This document shows, piece by piece, positions 27,636-37,060 of a stretch of 52,213 nt of DNA. Below the pieces are notes generated by a model. That model ran no database searches, was not told the origin of the DNA, and saw only the letters and a list, made by a program, of their open reading frames with translations. The translations under genes and the position numbers were made by a program. This stretch comes from Bacteroidota bacterium (GTDB lineage: Bacteria > Bacteroidota > Bacteroidia > Bacteroidales > FEN-979): NCBI GenBank assembly GCA_037139855.1, contig JBAXFM010000002.1:1-52213 (forward strand), given 5' to 3'. The stretch's first letter is position 1, and each line of letters begins with the position of its first letter.

Positions 27636-29492
27636 TCAGTTGTTCATATACTCCCCAAACACTGTTTGCAGGTAAGCCTTCCCCTCCTGTTTGATTGAAT
27701 CTGCCAGTTTGGGATCAGTCCACCAATAGTAAAAATTGGCTCCTTTGTCATAGGTGAAGTATCCGTAAGGCCTTATCCAGCCTACCCCGTCTTCGGTTGT
27801 ATAATAGGCAAATTCGGGAGACGACGGATTAAAAAGATCTTTGCTGTAATGAAAGTCCCTTGCAGGCAGGTGAAGCTGACCCAGCAAAGTGGCTGAAAGA
27901 TCATGCTGATTACCCAGTTTGTGGTTAACAGTGCCTTTGTATTGATCCTTGATCACATTTCCATAGAAAAGCAATGGAATTTTATGATATTGCTTCGAAA
28001 ACGGATGCCAGTTCCGGTATGAATTATGGCTATGATCAGCCACGATGATAAACAACGTGTTGTCATACCAGGGCTGTTTTTTAGCTATGGTGAAAAATTC
28101 GCCCAGGCAATGATCAGTATAGTAGGCCGCATTGATATACTCGTGCTCATTGTCACCCCATTTCAATGGTCTGGCATATGGCTGATCCCAGGGTGAATGG
28201 GTGCTGAGGGTGAAAAGAGCAGCGAAGAAAGGCTGCTTCATGGTTCCAATGTCATTCTCCATGTATCCCAGGGTATATTCATCATGAATGCCCAGTTTGC
28301 CCTGGGGCATGCTTTTAGGGAAGTTATCCCCTTCCATTATTTTATCAAACCCATTGAATATAATGTAACTCTTGATATTGCCGTAAATCAATTGCCCTCC
28401 AAAATAAAATGCCGTGCTATAGCCGGTTTTTTCAAGATCCTTGACAAGGCTTGGCAGTTTAACAAATTTATCAGGCTGAACCGTAATTGAACTGATGGGA
28501 TGCGCCGGAAAACCACCAAAGATAGATGCCATGCCCTGTTCCGAACGAGCTCCGGAAGCATAAACCTGGTCAAACAAAATTCCATTCTTTTCCAGTTTCC
28601 TGAACTCAGGGGTAATTCCCGGCTCCCCGCCAAGATCCTCGATTAAATCGGCCGACCAGCTTTCAAGAATCAGCAGGACAATGTTCGGACGATTGGTTTT
28701 CAACATAGAGCGGGTTGAATCAACAGGCATTTGATAAATCTTTTTCATCCGGTCAGCCGCTGATTCCTTGCTCATGAACAGATACGGATCATGATCGAAA
28801 TTTTGCAGATTCTCGAAAATACTGATATACAAATTGAATGCATTGTTTACGGAAGCAATATTCAGAATATTATGATCTGAATAATAGGATTGACTCTGGT
28901 TGATCGGAATCTGCTGAATGCCTCCACGCAACCCGACTATTAACAATCCCGGCACCAGAAGAATGAAAACCATTGATAACCAAACATTTTTCTTTACCCT
29001 CTCCAGGTTCAAATAAAAAAAACGCTGATATACGAAGATGCCAACTACTGAAATTGCAAGGAAAATAAAAACAAGGATATAGAATGTACTGGTTTCTGCT
29101 GAGTTGAATATCTCCCCCGGATGATTCAGATATTTGATCACCTTGTAGGTCAGCTTTGTTTTCCATTCGGCGTAAATACCCATTTCGCCTGCTGCGGTGA
29201 GACTGTATCCAACGATCACAATGCCTGCATAAACTTTGTTTATCCAATTCAGCCATCGCGGGCTCCACAGAGACTGGACAGCCAGGATCAAAAATGGGAA
29301 TATCATGATGTAACAGGAGGTCGCCAGGTCAAGTTTCAGTGAATACCAGAAAACTCCAAGGATTTCAGTCAACCTTATTTTCTCAACCACAATGATATTC
29401 AGATAGTAAAGAAGGAAAATCAACCGTGTGGCATTGAAAAACAATATCCAAAAAGCCAGTTGCCGCAGAAATGATAAAACTATTTTTCTCAT
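27636..29492 (-). CDS. LTA-synthase-family / sulfatase-like membrane transferase (phosphoglycerol or phosphoethanolamine transferase-like)
   Basis: 618 aa. About 5 N-terminal transmembrane helices followed by an alkaline-phosphatase-superfamily domain (NIVLLILESWSAD, TLSTHSPW, VADHSH). Confidence 0.75.
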   Translation of the reverse strand: MRKIVLSFLRQLAFWILFFNATRLIFLLYYLNIIVVEKIRLTEILGVFWYSLKLDLATSCYIMIFPFLILAVQSLWSPRWLNWINKVYAGIVIVGYSLTAAGEMGIYAEWKTKLTYKVIKYLNHPGEIFNSAETSTFYILVFIFLAISVVGIFVYQRFFYLNLERVKKNVWLSMVFILLVPGLLIVGLRGGIQQIPINQSQSYYSDHNILNIASVNNAFNLYISIFENLQNFDHDPYLFMSKESAADRMKKIYQMPVDSTRSMLKTNRPNIVLLILESWSADLIEDLGGEPGITPEFRKLEKNGILFDQVYASGARSEQGMASIFGGFPAHPISSITVQPDKFVKLPSLVKDLEKTGYSTAFYFGGQLIYGNIKSYIIFNGFDKIMEGDNFPKSMPQGKLGIHDEYTLGYMENDIGTMKQPFFAALFTLSTHSPWDQPYARPLKWGDNEHEYINAAYYTDHCLGEFFTIAKKQPWYDNTLFIIVADHSHNSYRNWHPFSKQYHKIPLLFYGNVIKDQYKGTVNHKLGNQHDLSATLLGQLHLPARDFHYSKDLFNPSSPEFAYYTTEDGVGWIRPYGYFTYDKGANFYYWWTDPKLADSIKQEGKAYLQTVFGEYMNN

Positions 29493-29506
29493 ATTGAATA
29501 AAAATG

Positions 29507-29514
29507 CAAAGGTA
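29507..29514 (-). promoter_or_regulatory. -7 box TACCTTTG upstream of the LTA-synthase-like gene
   Basis: Plus-strand caaaggta, 14 nt upstream of the ATG at 29492. Confidence 0.4.
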
Positions 29515-29541
29515 AGTCTTACACCCGTTCACTCAAATGTG

Positions 29542-29549
29542 TATTTTTG
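29542..29549 (+). promoter_or_regulatory. -7 box TATTTTTG upstream of yggS
   Basis: Exact TAnnTTTG match 22 nt upstream of the TTG start at 29572. Confidence 0.4.
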
Positions 29550-29571
29550 TTAAACGCAAAACCCAATCACT

Positions 29572-30243
29572 TTGAATATCGCTGACAACCTATTGCAGCT
29601 TAAAAAGTCCATCCCGGGTCACGTTGTGATGGTGACGGTTTCGAAACAGCAACCTGTTACGGCCCTGATGGAGGCATATCAGGCCGGACAGCGGATTTTT
29701 GGCGAGAATAAAGTGCAGGAACTGGTAGCAAAACAACAAAAACTCCCTTCAGACATCGAATGGCATTTCATCGGACACCTGCAAACCAACAAAGTCAGGT
29801 TTCTGGCTCCATGCGTCAGTCTCATTCACAGCATTGACAGACTTAACCTGCTCATGGAGGTGAACAAGGAGGCATTGAAGCATAACAGGATCATCGACTG
29901 TTTGCTTCAATTCCACATTGCCACCGAAGAGACAAAATTTGGCATGGATATCGGAGAGGCCAAAGAAATTCTGGAATCTAAAAGCTACCGTGAAATGAAA
30001 AACATCAGAATTACCGGTGTGATGGGTATGAGCAGCTTTTCCGATGATATGGCTCTGGTCAGGCAGGAATTTAAGAATTTGCATGACTTTTTTCTCATAC
30101 TCAAAACAAGCTATTTCAAACATCCTGATACATTCAACGTTGTATCCATGGGTATGTCGGGCGATTACCTGATTGCCATTGACGAGGGCAGTACCATGGT
30201 GCGCATTGGTACGGCCATATTTGGAGAAAGACACTATGAATAA
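29572..30243 (+). CDS. yggS: YggS-family pyridoxal-phosphate homeostasis protein
   Basis: 223 aa with a TTG start. Motifs VTVSKQQP (PLP Lys), FGENKVQE, HFIGHLQTNKV and RIGTAIFG. Confidence 0.9.
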   Translation: MNIADNLLQLKKSIPGHVVMVTVSKQQPVTALMEAYQAGQRIFGENKVQELVAKQQKLPSDIEWHFIGHLQTNKVRFLAPCVSLIHSIDRLNLLMEVNKEALKHNRIIDCLLQFHIATEETKFGMDIGEAKEILESKSYREMKNIRITGVMGMSSFSDDMALVRQEFKNLHDFFLILKTSYFKHPDTFNVVSMGMSGDYLIAIDEGSTMVRIGTAIFGERHYE

Positions 30244-31330
30244 GAATAATAAGAAAAAAATGAAAACTTACCTGGGAATAACGCTTCTGATGTGCTGGTT
30301 TGCTGTAAATATACAGGCACAGAGCCTTCTGCCACCGTCTTGCTATATGCGTTTGGAGGGATTTAAGGATCAACAAAGTAAAATTATTTTGCACCTGGTG
30401 AAGGTAAATGACAGCCTTTACGGAGATTACAATGCCGGCGAGCTTTCCGGAAAAATTAACGCTAAAGGGAAGTTTTGGCTCAAATCATGGCCCGGGGAGA
30501 CGGAGGTTGACATCAAAGGACAGTTCAAAGACAACAAACACCTCTCTATAACATGGGAGAACACAGCAACAAAGGAGAAAAAACTTTCCTTTGAATTAGC
30601 CGAAAAATATCCTGAAGGGAGTATTCCGTTTAAGGTATATTTTGAAACGGCAGTTCGAAAGATCGCCCCGGACCCAAAGTCGCCACAAGCCTCGGTAAAA
30701 CTGTCACTTTTGGTTCCGGAGATAACAGAAAACCATCTCCCCGGAATTGATTCACTCAGCCGGATTCTTATAAAATCCTTTAGCCAGCCATCCGGGGACC
30801 AGGGTAATCAGGAGTCGGCTGAAACAATGCTTGCTGCTGTAAAGAAGGATTTTCTGGACAATTACATCAGCAGCAACGAAGCCATGTACAAAGAGATGCC
30901 AGGCGAAAGTTTTGGATGGGAGTTACTCAAGTATATCCATATTATATACAATGACGATTTCAAACTCACTTTTTATCTGGTCAATTATGAGTTTACCGGA
31001 GGCGCCCACGGGCTTGAAACCCAGGTTTTTTCATCGGTTGACATGAAGACAGGTAAACAACTCACCTTGAATGATTTATTCAAATCAGGTTATGAAAGCA
31101 AACTGACAATCCTGCTGACCGGAAAGTTGCATCAGATGCTTAAACTGCCTGCCTCCGGAAAGTTGACGGAATCGGGATACTTTGTTGACGAAATCAAGCC
31201 AAATGATAATTTTTACGTGAAGGGACAGGGCATCGGGTTTTTATACAACCACTATGAAATTGCACCTTACTCTTTTGGTGCAACAGATATTTTTCTTACC
31301 CGGGAAGAGTTGAAGGGGCTTTTAAAATAG
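30236..31330 (+). CDS. DUF3298/DUF4163 domain-containing secreted protein
   Basis: The ATG at 30236 overlaps the yggS stop (ATGAATAA). Signal peptide KTYLGITLLMCWFAVNIQAQ. Motifs YEFTGGAHG and YEIAPYSFG are typical of DUF3298. Confidence 0.75.
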   Translation: MNKNNKKKMKTYLGITLLMCWFAVNIQAQSLLPPSCYMRLEGFKDQQSKIILHLVKVNDSLYGDYNAGELSGKINAKGKFWLKSWPGETEVDIKGQFKDNKHLSITWENTATKEKKLSFELAEKYPEGSIPFKVYFETAVRKIAPDPKSPQASVKLSLLVPEITENHLPGIDSLSRILIKSFSQPSGDQGNQESAETMLAAVKKDFLDNYISSNEAMYKEMPGESFGWELLKYIHIIYNDDFKLTFYLVNYEFTGGAHGLETQVFSSVDMKTGKQLTLNDLFKSGYESKLTILLTGKLHQMLKLPASGKLTESGYFVDEIKPNDNFYVKGQGIGFLYNHYEIAPYSFGATDIFLTREELKGLLK

Positions 31331-32192
31331 CAGATACAAACCTGTCCTTTCCATGGAAATCCTGTCTGAGCTGAATTTCTTCAAATCCTGAGGAATGTAA
31401 CAACTCACTCACAGCCTTGCCAAACCGTTCGTTTATCTCAAAATACAAACGGCCTGAGGGAAGCAGGTGGGTTGTGGCGAAATCAGAAATAGCCTTGTAA
31501 AATAGCAACGGGTCCTGATCAGAGACAAACAACGCCATATCCGGCTCAAATTCTGTCACATTGCGATGCATCAGGACCTTTTCACTGGCGGTAATATAAG
31601 GAGGATTGCTAACGATCACATGGTATTGTCCCAGCTCCTTCCAGCTCATTTGATTCAGAATGTCGGCGTGAAAAAAGGAAATTTCGCAATGGTTTTCCCG
31701 GGCATTGCTTCCCGCAATGTCAAGCGCCCCATCCGAGTTGTCAATTGCAGTCACAAACGATTGAAGAAAATGTTTTTTAAGCTCGATGGCAATGCAACCA
31801 GAACCGGTGCCAATATCCAGGATCGAAAAGGATTGGTTTCGCCAGAGAGCGTGATCCGTTTCGATTAAGGAACATAACTCTTCGGTTTCAGGCCGTGGAA
31901 TCAATACGTTTGAATCTACCTTCAGTAAGGTTCCGTTGAACCACGACTGATGCAGGATGTATTGAATGGGTTTTCCTGTGCTCAACTCTTCCAGTGCCTG
32001 GCGGAATGATTTTATCACCGTTTCAGGTAATTCTTCTTCCAGGGAAAGATGGACCCTTGTTTTCTGCCAACCCATGAATTCCGCGAACAGCATGTACATT
32101 AACTGCCGTATCTCCTGATCGGGATAAATTCCGGCAAGCTTTATCCGGAAACGCTCAATCAAATTTTTTACCAGATTACCCGTTTGTTCCAT
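31296..32192 (-). CDS. prmC: Peptide chain release factor N5-glutamine methyltransferase
   Basis: Motifs NPPY (VSNPPYI), ILDIGTGSGCIAI and LIPRPETE. I prefer the ATG at 32192 (MEQTGNLVKNL), which avoids overlap with divergent yigZ. Confidence 0.88.
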   Translation of the reverse strand: MEQTGNLVKNLIERFRIKLAGIYPDQEIRQLMYMLFAEFMGWQKTRVHLSLEEELPETVIKSFRQALEELSTGKPIQYILHQSWFNGTLLKVDSNVLIPRPETEELCSLIETDHALWRNQSFSILDIGTGSGCIAIELKKHFLQSFVTAIDNSDGALDIAGSNARENHCEISFFHADILNQMSWKELGQYHVIVSNPPYITASEKVLMHRNVTEFEPDMALFVSDQDPLLFYKAISDFATTHLLPSGRLYFEINERFGKAVSELLHSSGFEEIQLRQDFHGKDRFVSAILKAPSTLPG

Positions 32193-32227
32193 TCCACGAA
32201 AGTAAAAATAAAAGTAACTTCGCCGCG

Positions 32228-32836
32228 ATGGAAGTGGTAAAAGATTCTTTTCTTTCAATTGCCGGCGAAAGCCGTGGCGTTTTCAGGGATAAAGCAAGTA
32301 AATTCCTGTCTGTGGCCATACCTGTGACCACGGAAGAAGAGGTAAAAGCGAATCTTGACGACCTGCGGAAAGCATACTACGATGCTAACCATCACTGCTA
32401 TGCTTACAGGTTGGGGTCCGAAAACCAGGCATACCGGACCAATGATGACGGGGAACCATCGGGTTCGGCCGGTAAACCAATTTACGGACAAATCCTTTCC
32501 ATGGAATTATCTGACATACTCGTGGTGGTGATCAGGTACTTTGGTGGAACAAAATTGGGAATACCCGGTCTTATCCATGCCTACCGGACGGCAGCCCGGG
32601 AAGCGCTCGAACAAGCAGTCGTTGTTGAGAAAATTATCAAGGTTCAATACAAAGTAACGTTTGATTATCCCGCAATGAACGAGATCATGCGCATCCTGAA
32701 AGAAGAGGGGGTGAAAATCATACATCAAACTGTAGTAGAACGTTGCGAAATCAACTTTCAGATACGAAAAAGTCATGCAGACAGGATTGAAAACCGCATG
32801 ACCCGGCTCAGAAACATAACGTTAGCGATCGAATAA
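32228..32836 (+). CDS. yigZ: YigZ / IMPACT-family (UPF0029) protein
   Basis: 202 aa. Motifs KASKFLSVAIPV, HHCYAYRLG and DDGEPSGSAGKPI. Confidence 0.85.
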   Translation: MEVVKDSFLSIAGESRGVFRDKASKFLSVAIPVTTEEEVKANLDDLRKAYYDANHHCYAYRLGSENQAYRTNDDGEPSGSAGKPIYGQILSMELSDILVVVIRYFGGTKLGIPGLIHAYRTAAREALEQAVVVEKIIKVQYKVTFDYPAMNEIMRILKEEGVKIIHQTVVERCEINFQIRKSHADRIENRMTRLRNITLAIE

Positions 32837-33230
32837 AGAAATTCACTGAAATTTAAGAAATAATGAGTCTGCATAATAATTAGGAAATGGTTGATTTCTC
32901 TAACTAATTGAAAGATAAGCATCATGCTATTTATATTCGTTCTTAATAACGAAAATAACCACCTATCATCCATTAATCAATACGCTGATGTAATGCCAAA
33001 TAGGTTTGGTCAGGTAGATTCCCGCATGAACCAAACCGGCAGAATTTGAAAACAATTTTTCAAATAATCAAGTGTAAAAAGTTTTTTTTATTCACTTTTT
33101 TTTTGAAAATTTGTTAATTAAATCAGCAGACCCTTCAAATGAGGATTTTGACTTGCGGACAAATTCCAACAACTTGAGAAGCATAACGATAAGATAAAAA
33201 GAGGATTCATCAATCATGGTAATTTAATTA

Positions 33231-34667
33231 ATGGAAAAGAACGCAGTTGAAGTTTGGGAAAATTGCCTGAAAGTCATAAAAGATAATATTAACTACCAAA
33301 GTTTTAAAACCTGGTTTCTTCCAATCAATGCGATTAAGTTGCAAGACCATGTTTTAACAATTCAGGTTCCAAGCCAGTTTTTTTATGAATGGCTTGAGGA
33401 ACATTATATTGGCTTACTTAAAAAAACTATTAAAAAAGAACTGGGAACAGAAGGAAGACTTGAGTACAGCATCATTGTTGATAACTCCGACACTGAACCA
33501 GGTCCTTACACGATCAAGGTACCAACAGGTGAGAAAAAAGCAACATTAAATCCGTCTGTGTCTATGCCTATCGATTTAAACAGAGGTACTTCAAAAGAAA
33601 TTCCGAACCCCTTTATTATCCCGGGGCTTAAGAAGATCAAAATTAATTCTCAACTGATCGAGAGTTATTCATTTGATAATTTCATTGAAGGTGATTGTAA
33701 CCGTTTGGCCAGATCTGCCGGCTTTGCCATTGCGAGCAACCCCGGAAAAACAGCCTTTAACCCACTCCTTATATATAGTGTAACCGGTTTGGGTAAAACT
33801 CATTTATCTCATGCCATTGGTCTTCAGGTCAAAAACAGTTTTCCGGAAAAAACGGTTCTCTATGTTACCACAGATCAATTCACCAACCAGTTTATTGATT
33901 CTGTGAGGAATAACAATCAGAATGATTTTATTCATTTTTACCAGATGATCGATGTTTTGATCCTTGATGATATTCACAACCTGGCAGGAAAGGAAAAAAC
34001 GCAGGACGTGTTTTTTCATATTTTCAACCACCTTCATCAAAAGAGCAACCAGATCATCCTGACATCGGACAAGCCTCCCGTTGAGATGAAAGGCATCGAA
34101 CCACGGCTTCTTTCCAGGTTTAAGTGGGGGTTATCAGCCGACCTGCAGGTTCCTGACCTGGAAACCCGTATTGCCATCCTTCATAAAAAATTATACAACG
34201 ACGGCATCCAGATTCCTGCCGAAGTTATTGAATACCTTGCCTATAATATCAATACCAATATCAGGGAACTCGAAGGCGCCCTGATTTCACTGCTTGCACA
34301 GTCATCCCTGAACAAGAAAACAATTACGCTGGAACTTGCCAAGCAAATGATTGACAAGTTTGTGAAAAATACCAGCCGTGAAATTTCCATCGATTATATT
34401 CAAAAGGTTGTTTGCGAGTTCTTTAATATCCCGATTGAGATGATATACTCAAAAACAAGAAAACGGGAAATCGTTCAGGCACGCCAGCTTTCCATGTATT
34501 TTTCAAAGAAACATACAAAATCATCTCTTGCCAGCATTGGCCTGCATTGCGGAAATAAGGACCATGCCACGGTATTGCATGCCTGCCGTACCGTAAACAA
34601 CCTTGTTGAAACCGACAAGCAGTTCAGGCAATTCGTTGAGGAGCTTGACAAACGGATTAAACTGTAA
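33231..34667 (+). CDS. dnaA: Chromosomal replication initiator protein DnaA
   Basis: 478 aa. N-terminal W..CL..I motif, Walker A (TGLGKTHL), box VII/sensor regions, and C-terminal DNA-binding domain (ARQLSMYF...IGLHCGNKDHATVLHA). Confidence 0.96.
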   Translation: MEKNAVEVWENCLKVIKDNINYQSFKTWFLPINAIKLQDHVLTIQVPSQFFYEWLEEHYIGLLKKTIKKELGTEGRLEYSIIVDNSDTEPGPYTIKVPTGEKKATLNPSVSMPIDLNRGTSKEIPNPFIIPGLKKIKINSQLIESYSFDNFIEGDCNRLARSAGFAIASNPGKTAFNPLLIYSVTGLGKTHLSHAIGLQVKNSFPEKTVLYVTTDQFTNQFIDSVRNNNQNDFIHFYQMIDVLILDDIHNLAGKEKTQDVFFHIFNHLHQKSNQIILTSDKPPVEMKGIEPRLLSRFKWGLSADLQVPDLETRIAILHKKLYNDGIQIPAEVIEYLAYNINTNIRELEGALISLLAQSSLNKKTITLELAKQMIDKFVKNTSREISIDYIQKVVCEFFNIPIEMIYSKTRKREIVQARQLSMYFSKKHTKSSLASIGLHCGNKDHATVLHACRTVNNLVETDKQFRQFVEELDKRIKL

Positions 34668-34684
34668 CAGAACCTGATAAGGCC

Positions 34685-35161
34685 TTGATAAAAGTACTTT
34701 TCGTTTGCACCGGCAATATCTGCCGGTCACCACTGGCAGAAGGTATTCTCCGTGAAAAATTGGAAAAACGTAAAATTCCCGCCGAAGTTGATTCTTGCGG
34801 GTTTGAATCATTTCATGTTGGCGATCATCCCGATCCCCGCGCACAGCAAGTTGCCATGAAACATGGCATCGATATTTCTGTTCACAGGGCAAAGCTGTTT
34901 ACCATTCGCGATTTTGACAGGTTTGATTTAATCTACGCGATGGATTCTACCCATTATAAGAACATCATGAAACTCGCGCGGAATGAATCCGACCGGTCGA
35001 AGGTTGACTTCATGCTGAATGTATTGTATCCCGGGGGGAATTCTGGCGTTCAGGATCCCTGGTACCATGATATAAAGGCTTTTGAAAAAGTATATGTGCA
35101 ACTGGATGAGGCTTGCGACCGGTTGGTTGCCAACATCATCGTTGATTCTATTCATCCATGA
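34685..35161 (+). CDS. Low-molecular-weight protein-tyrosine phosphatase
   Basis: 158 aa with a TTG start. Active-site loop VCTGNICRSP and the downstream DPWY Asp loop. Confidence 0.9.
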   Translation: MIKVLFVCTGNICRSPLAEGILREKLEKRKIPAEVDSCGFESFHVGDHPDPRAQQVAMKHGIDISVHRAKLFTIRDFDRFDLIYAMDSTHYKNIMKLARNESDRSKVDFMLNVLYPGGNSGVQDPWYHDIKAFEKVYVQLDEACDRLVANIIVDSIHP

Positions 35162-36120
35162 ACAGTGTCACCTCCATCCTGCCCGACACCATCCAGCATG
35201 CCGCAAAACGGATCGCTCCGTTTATTAACCACACACCGGTGCTGACTTCTCAAACCATCAACCGGTTATTCAATGCGGAAGTATTTCTGAAATGTGAAAA
35301 TTTCCAAAAGGTTGGCGCTTTCAAGGCCAGGGGCGCGACCAATGCCGTTTTATCGCTTGATAAAAGCAAGCTGCCGCTTGGTGTGGCCACACATTCATCA
35401 GGAAATCATGCACAGGCACTTTCATGGGCAGCTTCATTGGTAAATACCAGGGCATACATTGTCATGCCTGAGAATTCTTCTAAAATAAAGGTGGCTGCGG
35501 TAAAGGATTACGGAGGCATTATTACGTTTTGCAAACCCAACCTTGCATCACGGGAGACAACGCTTGCCCTGATTCTCGAACAGACAGGCGCTACGGAAAT
35601 ACATCCGTACAACAACGAACAGATCATTGCAGGCCAGGCTACTGCTGCACTCGAGCTGATCGGGGAAGTAAAAAATCTCGATATTATTATCGCACCGGTG
35701 GGCGGTGGCGGCTTGCTCAGCGGAACTTCCCTGGCGGTACATTATTTTCTTCCCGGAGGAATTACGATCGCGGCGGAGCCCGAACAGGCCAACGATGCTT
35801 ATTTATCCTTCACACAACAAACCTTTATCCCGTCACAAAATCCGGATACCATTGCCGATGGATTGCGCACTTCGCTCGGTTCAGTTACCTTTCCGATCAT
35901 TCTCCGGCATGTTCAAAGTATTGTTACTGTGAGTGAGGAGAGCATTGTGAAGTCGATGCGTTATTTATGGGAAAGGATGAAAATTATCGTTGAACCTTCT
36001 TCCGCAGTGCCTTTTGCCGCTCTCATGGATGGAAAAATTGATATTGCAGGAAAAAGAGCCGGCATCATTATTTCCGGAGGAAATGTTGATCTGGACGATT
36101 TACCCTGGATGAAAAAATGA
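35158..36120 (+). CDS. Fold-type II PLP-dependent serine/threonine dehydratase or racemase-like enzyme
   Basis: 320 aa. PLP-Lys context KCENFQKVGAFKARGA, a glycine loop (APVGGGGLLSG), and SSGNHAQAL. Its ATGA start overlaps the upstream stop. Confidence 0.85.
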   Translation: MNSVTSILPDTIQHAAKRIAPFINHTPVLTSQTINRLFNAEVFLKCENFQKVGAFKARGATNAVLSLDKSKLPLGVATHSSGNHAQALSWAASLVNTRAYIVMPENSSKIKVAAVKDYGGIITFCKPNLASRETTLALILEQTGATEIHPYNNEQIIAGQATAALELIGEVKNLDIIIAPVGGGGLLSGTSLAVHYFLPGGITIAAEPEQANDAYLSFTQQTFIPSQNPDTIADGLRTSLGSVTFPIILRHVQSIVTVSEESIVKSMRYLWERMKIIVEPSSAVPFAALMDGKIDIAGKRAGIIISGGNVDLDDLPWMKK

Positions 36121-36824
36121 CCAAAGGAAAATTATACCTGATCCCGGCGCTGCTTGCCGATGGGAGCGTGGAATCTGTTCTTCCGGAAGGAACACTGACC
36201 ATTATCCGGAGACTCAAATACTTCATTGTTGAGGAAACCCGCTCTGCCCGACGGTTTCTCATCAAAGCCGGCATTCAAACACCCATCGGTGAACTCGATT
36301 TTTTGATATTTAACGAACATTCCAAGGGTCAGGATTTGGATGAATATCTGGCTGGCGCGATCAACGGCAACGATATCGGGCTTTTATCTGAGGCTGGCGT
36401 ACCCTGTGTCGCCGATCCGGGATCATTGATCGTCAGGGCAGCCCACGAGTATGGCATCCGGGTTATTCCGCTTACCGGCCCCTCTTCCATCCTGCTTGCA
36501 TTGATGGCTTCGGGCTTTAACGGACAAAATTTTGCTTTTCTTGGTTATCTTCCTGCCGATAAAGCGGTGCTTAACAGAAAGATCAAGGAACTTGAAAAAA
36601 ATATTTTTGAAAAGGATCAGACCCAGATATTTATTGAAACACCTTATCGTAACCTGCAATTGTTTGATGCCCTGGTGCGGATTTGCAGGCCTGAGACAAG
36701 ACTTTGCCTGGCTACTGATATATCGGGCCCTTCTGAAGTGATCAAATCACTGTGCATCGCCGATTGGCATGGCCAGAAACCTGATATTCATAAGAAACCG
36801 ACTATATTTTTGTTGTATCATTAA
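36117..36824 (+). CDS. SAM-dependent methyltransferase of the tetrapyrrole-methylase (RsmI-like) fold
   Basis: 235 aa. The N-terminus GKLYLIPALL and SEAGVPCVADPG resemble RsmI-type TP-methylases. ATGA start/stop overlap with the upstream gene. Confidence 0.65.
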   Translation: MTKGKLYLIPALLADGSVESVLPEGTLTIIRRLKYFIVEETRSARRFLIKAGIQTPIGELDFLIFNEHSKGQDLDEYLAGAINGNDIGLLSEAGVPCVADPGSLIVRAAHEYGIRVIPLTGPSSILLALMASGFNGQNFAFLGYLPADKAVLNRKIKELEKNIFEKDQTQIFIETPYRNLQLFDALVRICRPETRLCLATDISGPSEVIKSLCIADWHGQKPDIHKKPTIFLLYH

Positions 36825-36835
36825 TAATAAAATAC

Positions 36836-36886
36836 TTCACGCAGATTTTCGCTGAAAAGTATGCAGATTTTCGCAGAAAAATTAAT
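36836..36886 (+). repeat. GCAGATTTTCGC-family repeat, copy D (forward arm of a palindromic element)
   Basis: Sequence ttcacgcagattttcgctgaaaagtatgcagattttcgcagaaaaattaat. Positions 36836-36858 are the perfect 23-nt reverse complement of 36966-36988. Confidence 0.85.
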
Positions 36887-36944
36887 TTAATTGATTTTCA
36901 GGATAACTGAATTTTTATCTATAACCAAGGATAAATCAGTTTAA

Positions 36945-36988
36945 AATCTGCCTGATCTGCATTTTTTTTCAGCGAAAATCTGCGTGAA
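36945..36988 (-). repeat. GCAGATTTTCGC-family repeat, copy E (inverted arm)
   Basis: The reverse complement reads ttcacgcagattttcgctgaaaaaaaatgcagatcaggcagatt. It pairs with copy D, and atgcagat 36861-36868 also pairs with atctgcat 36955-36962. Confidence 0.85.
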
Positions 36989-37060
36989 ACATTAAATGTA
37001 ACAATCTTTGCAAAAATTCGTCTAAGCAACATCCGTTTTTCACATCTTATTTACAAGACC

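Noticed and set aside
32837-33230. Possible oriC in the AT-rich region upstream of dnaA
   Set aside because: No 9-mer closer than 2 mismatches to TTATCCACA/TGTGGATAA was found by eye, there is no box cluster, and gene orientation does not switch around this point. In Bacteroidota the origin is often not next to dnaA. A proper skew and matrix analysis is needed before calling it.
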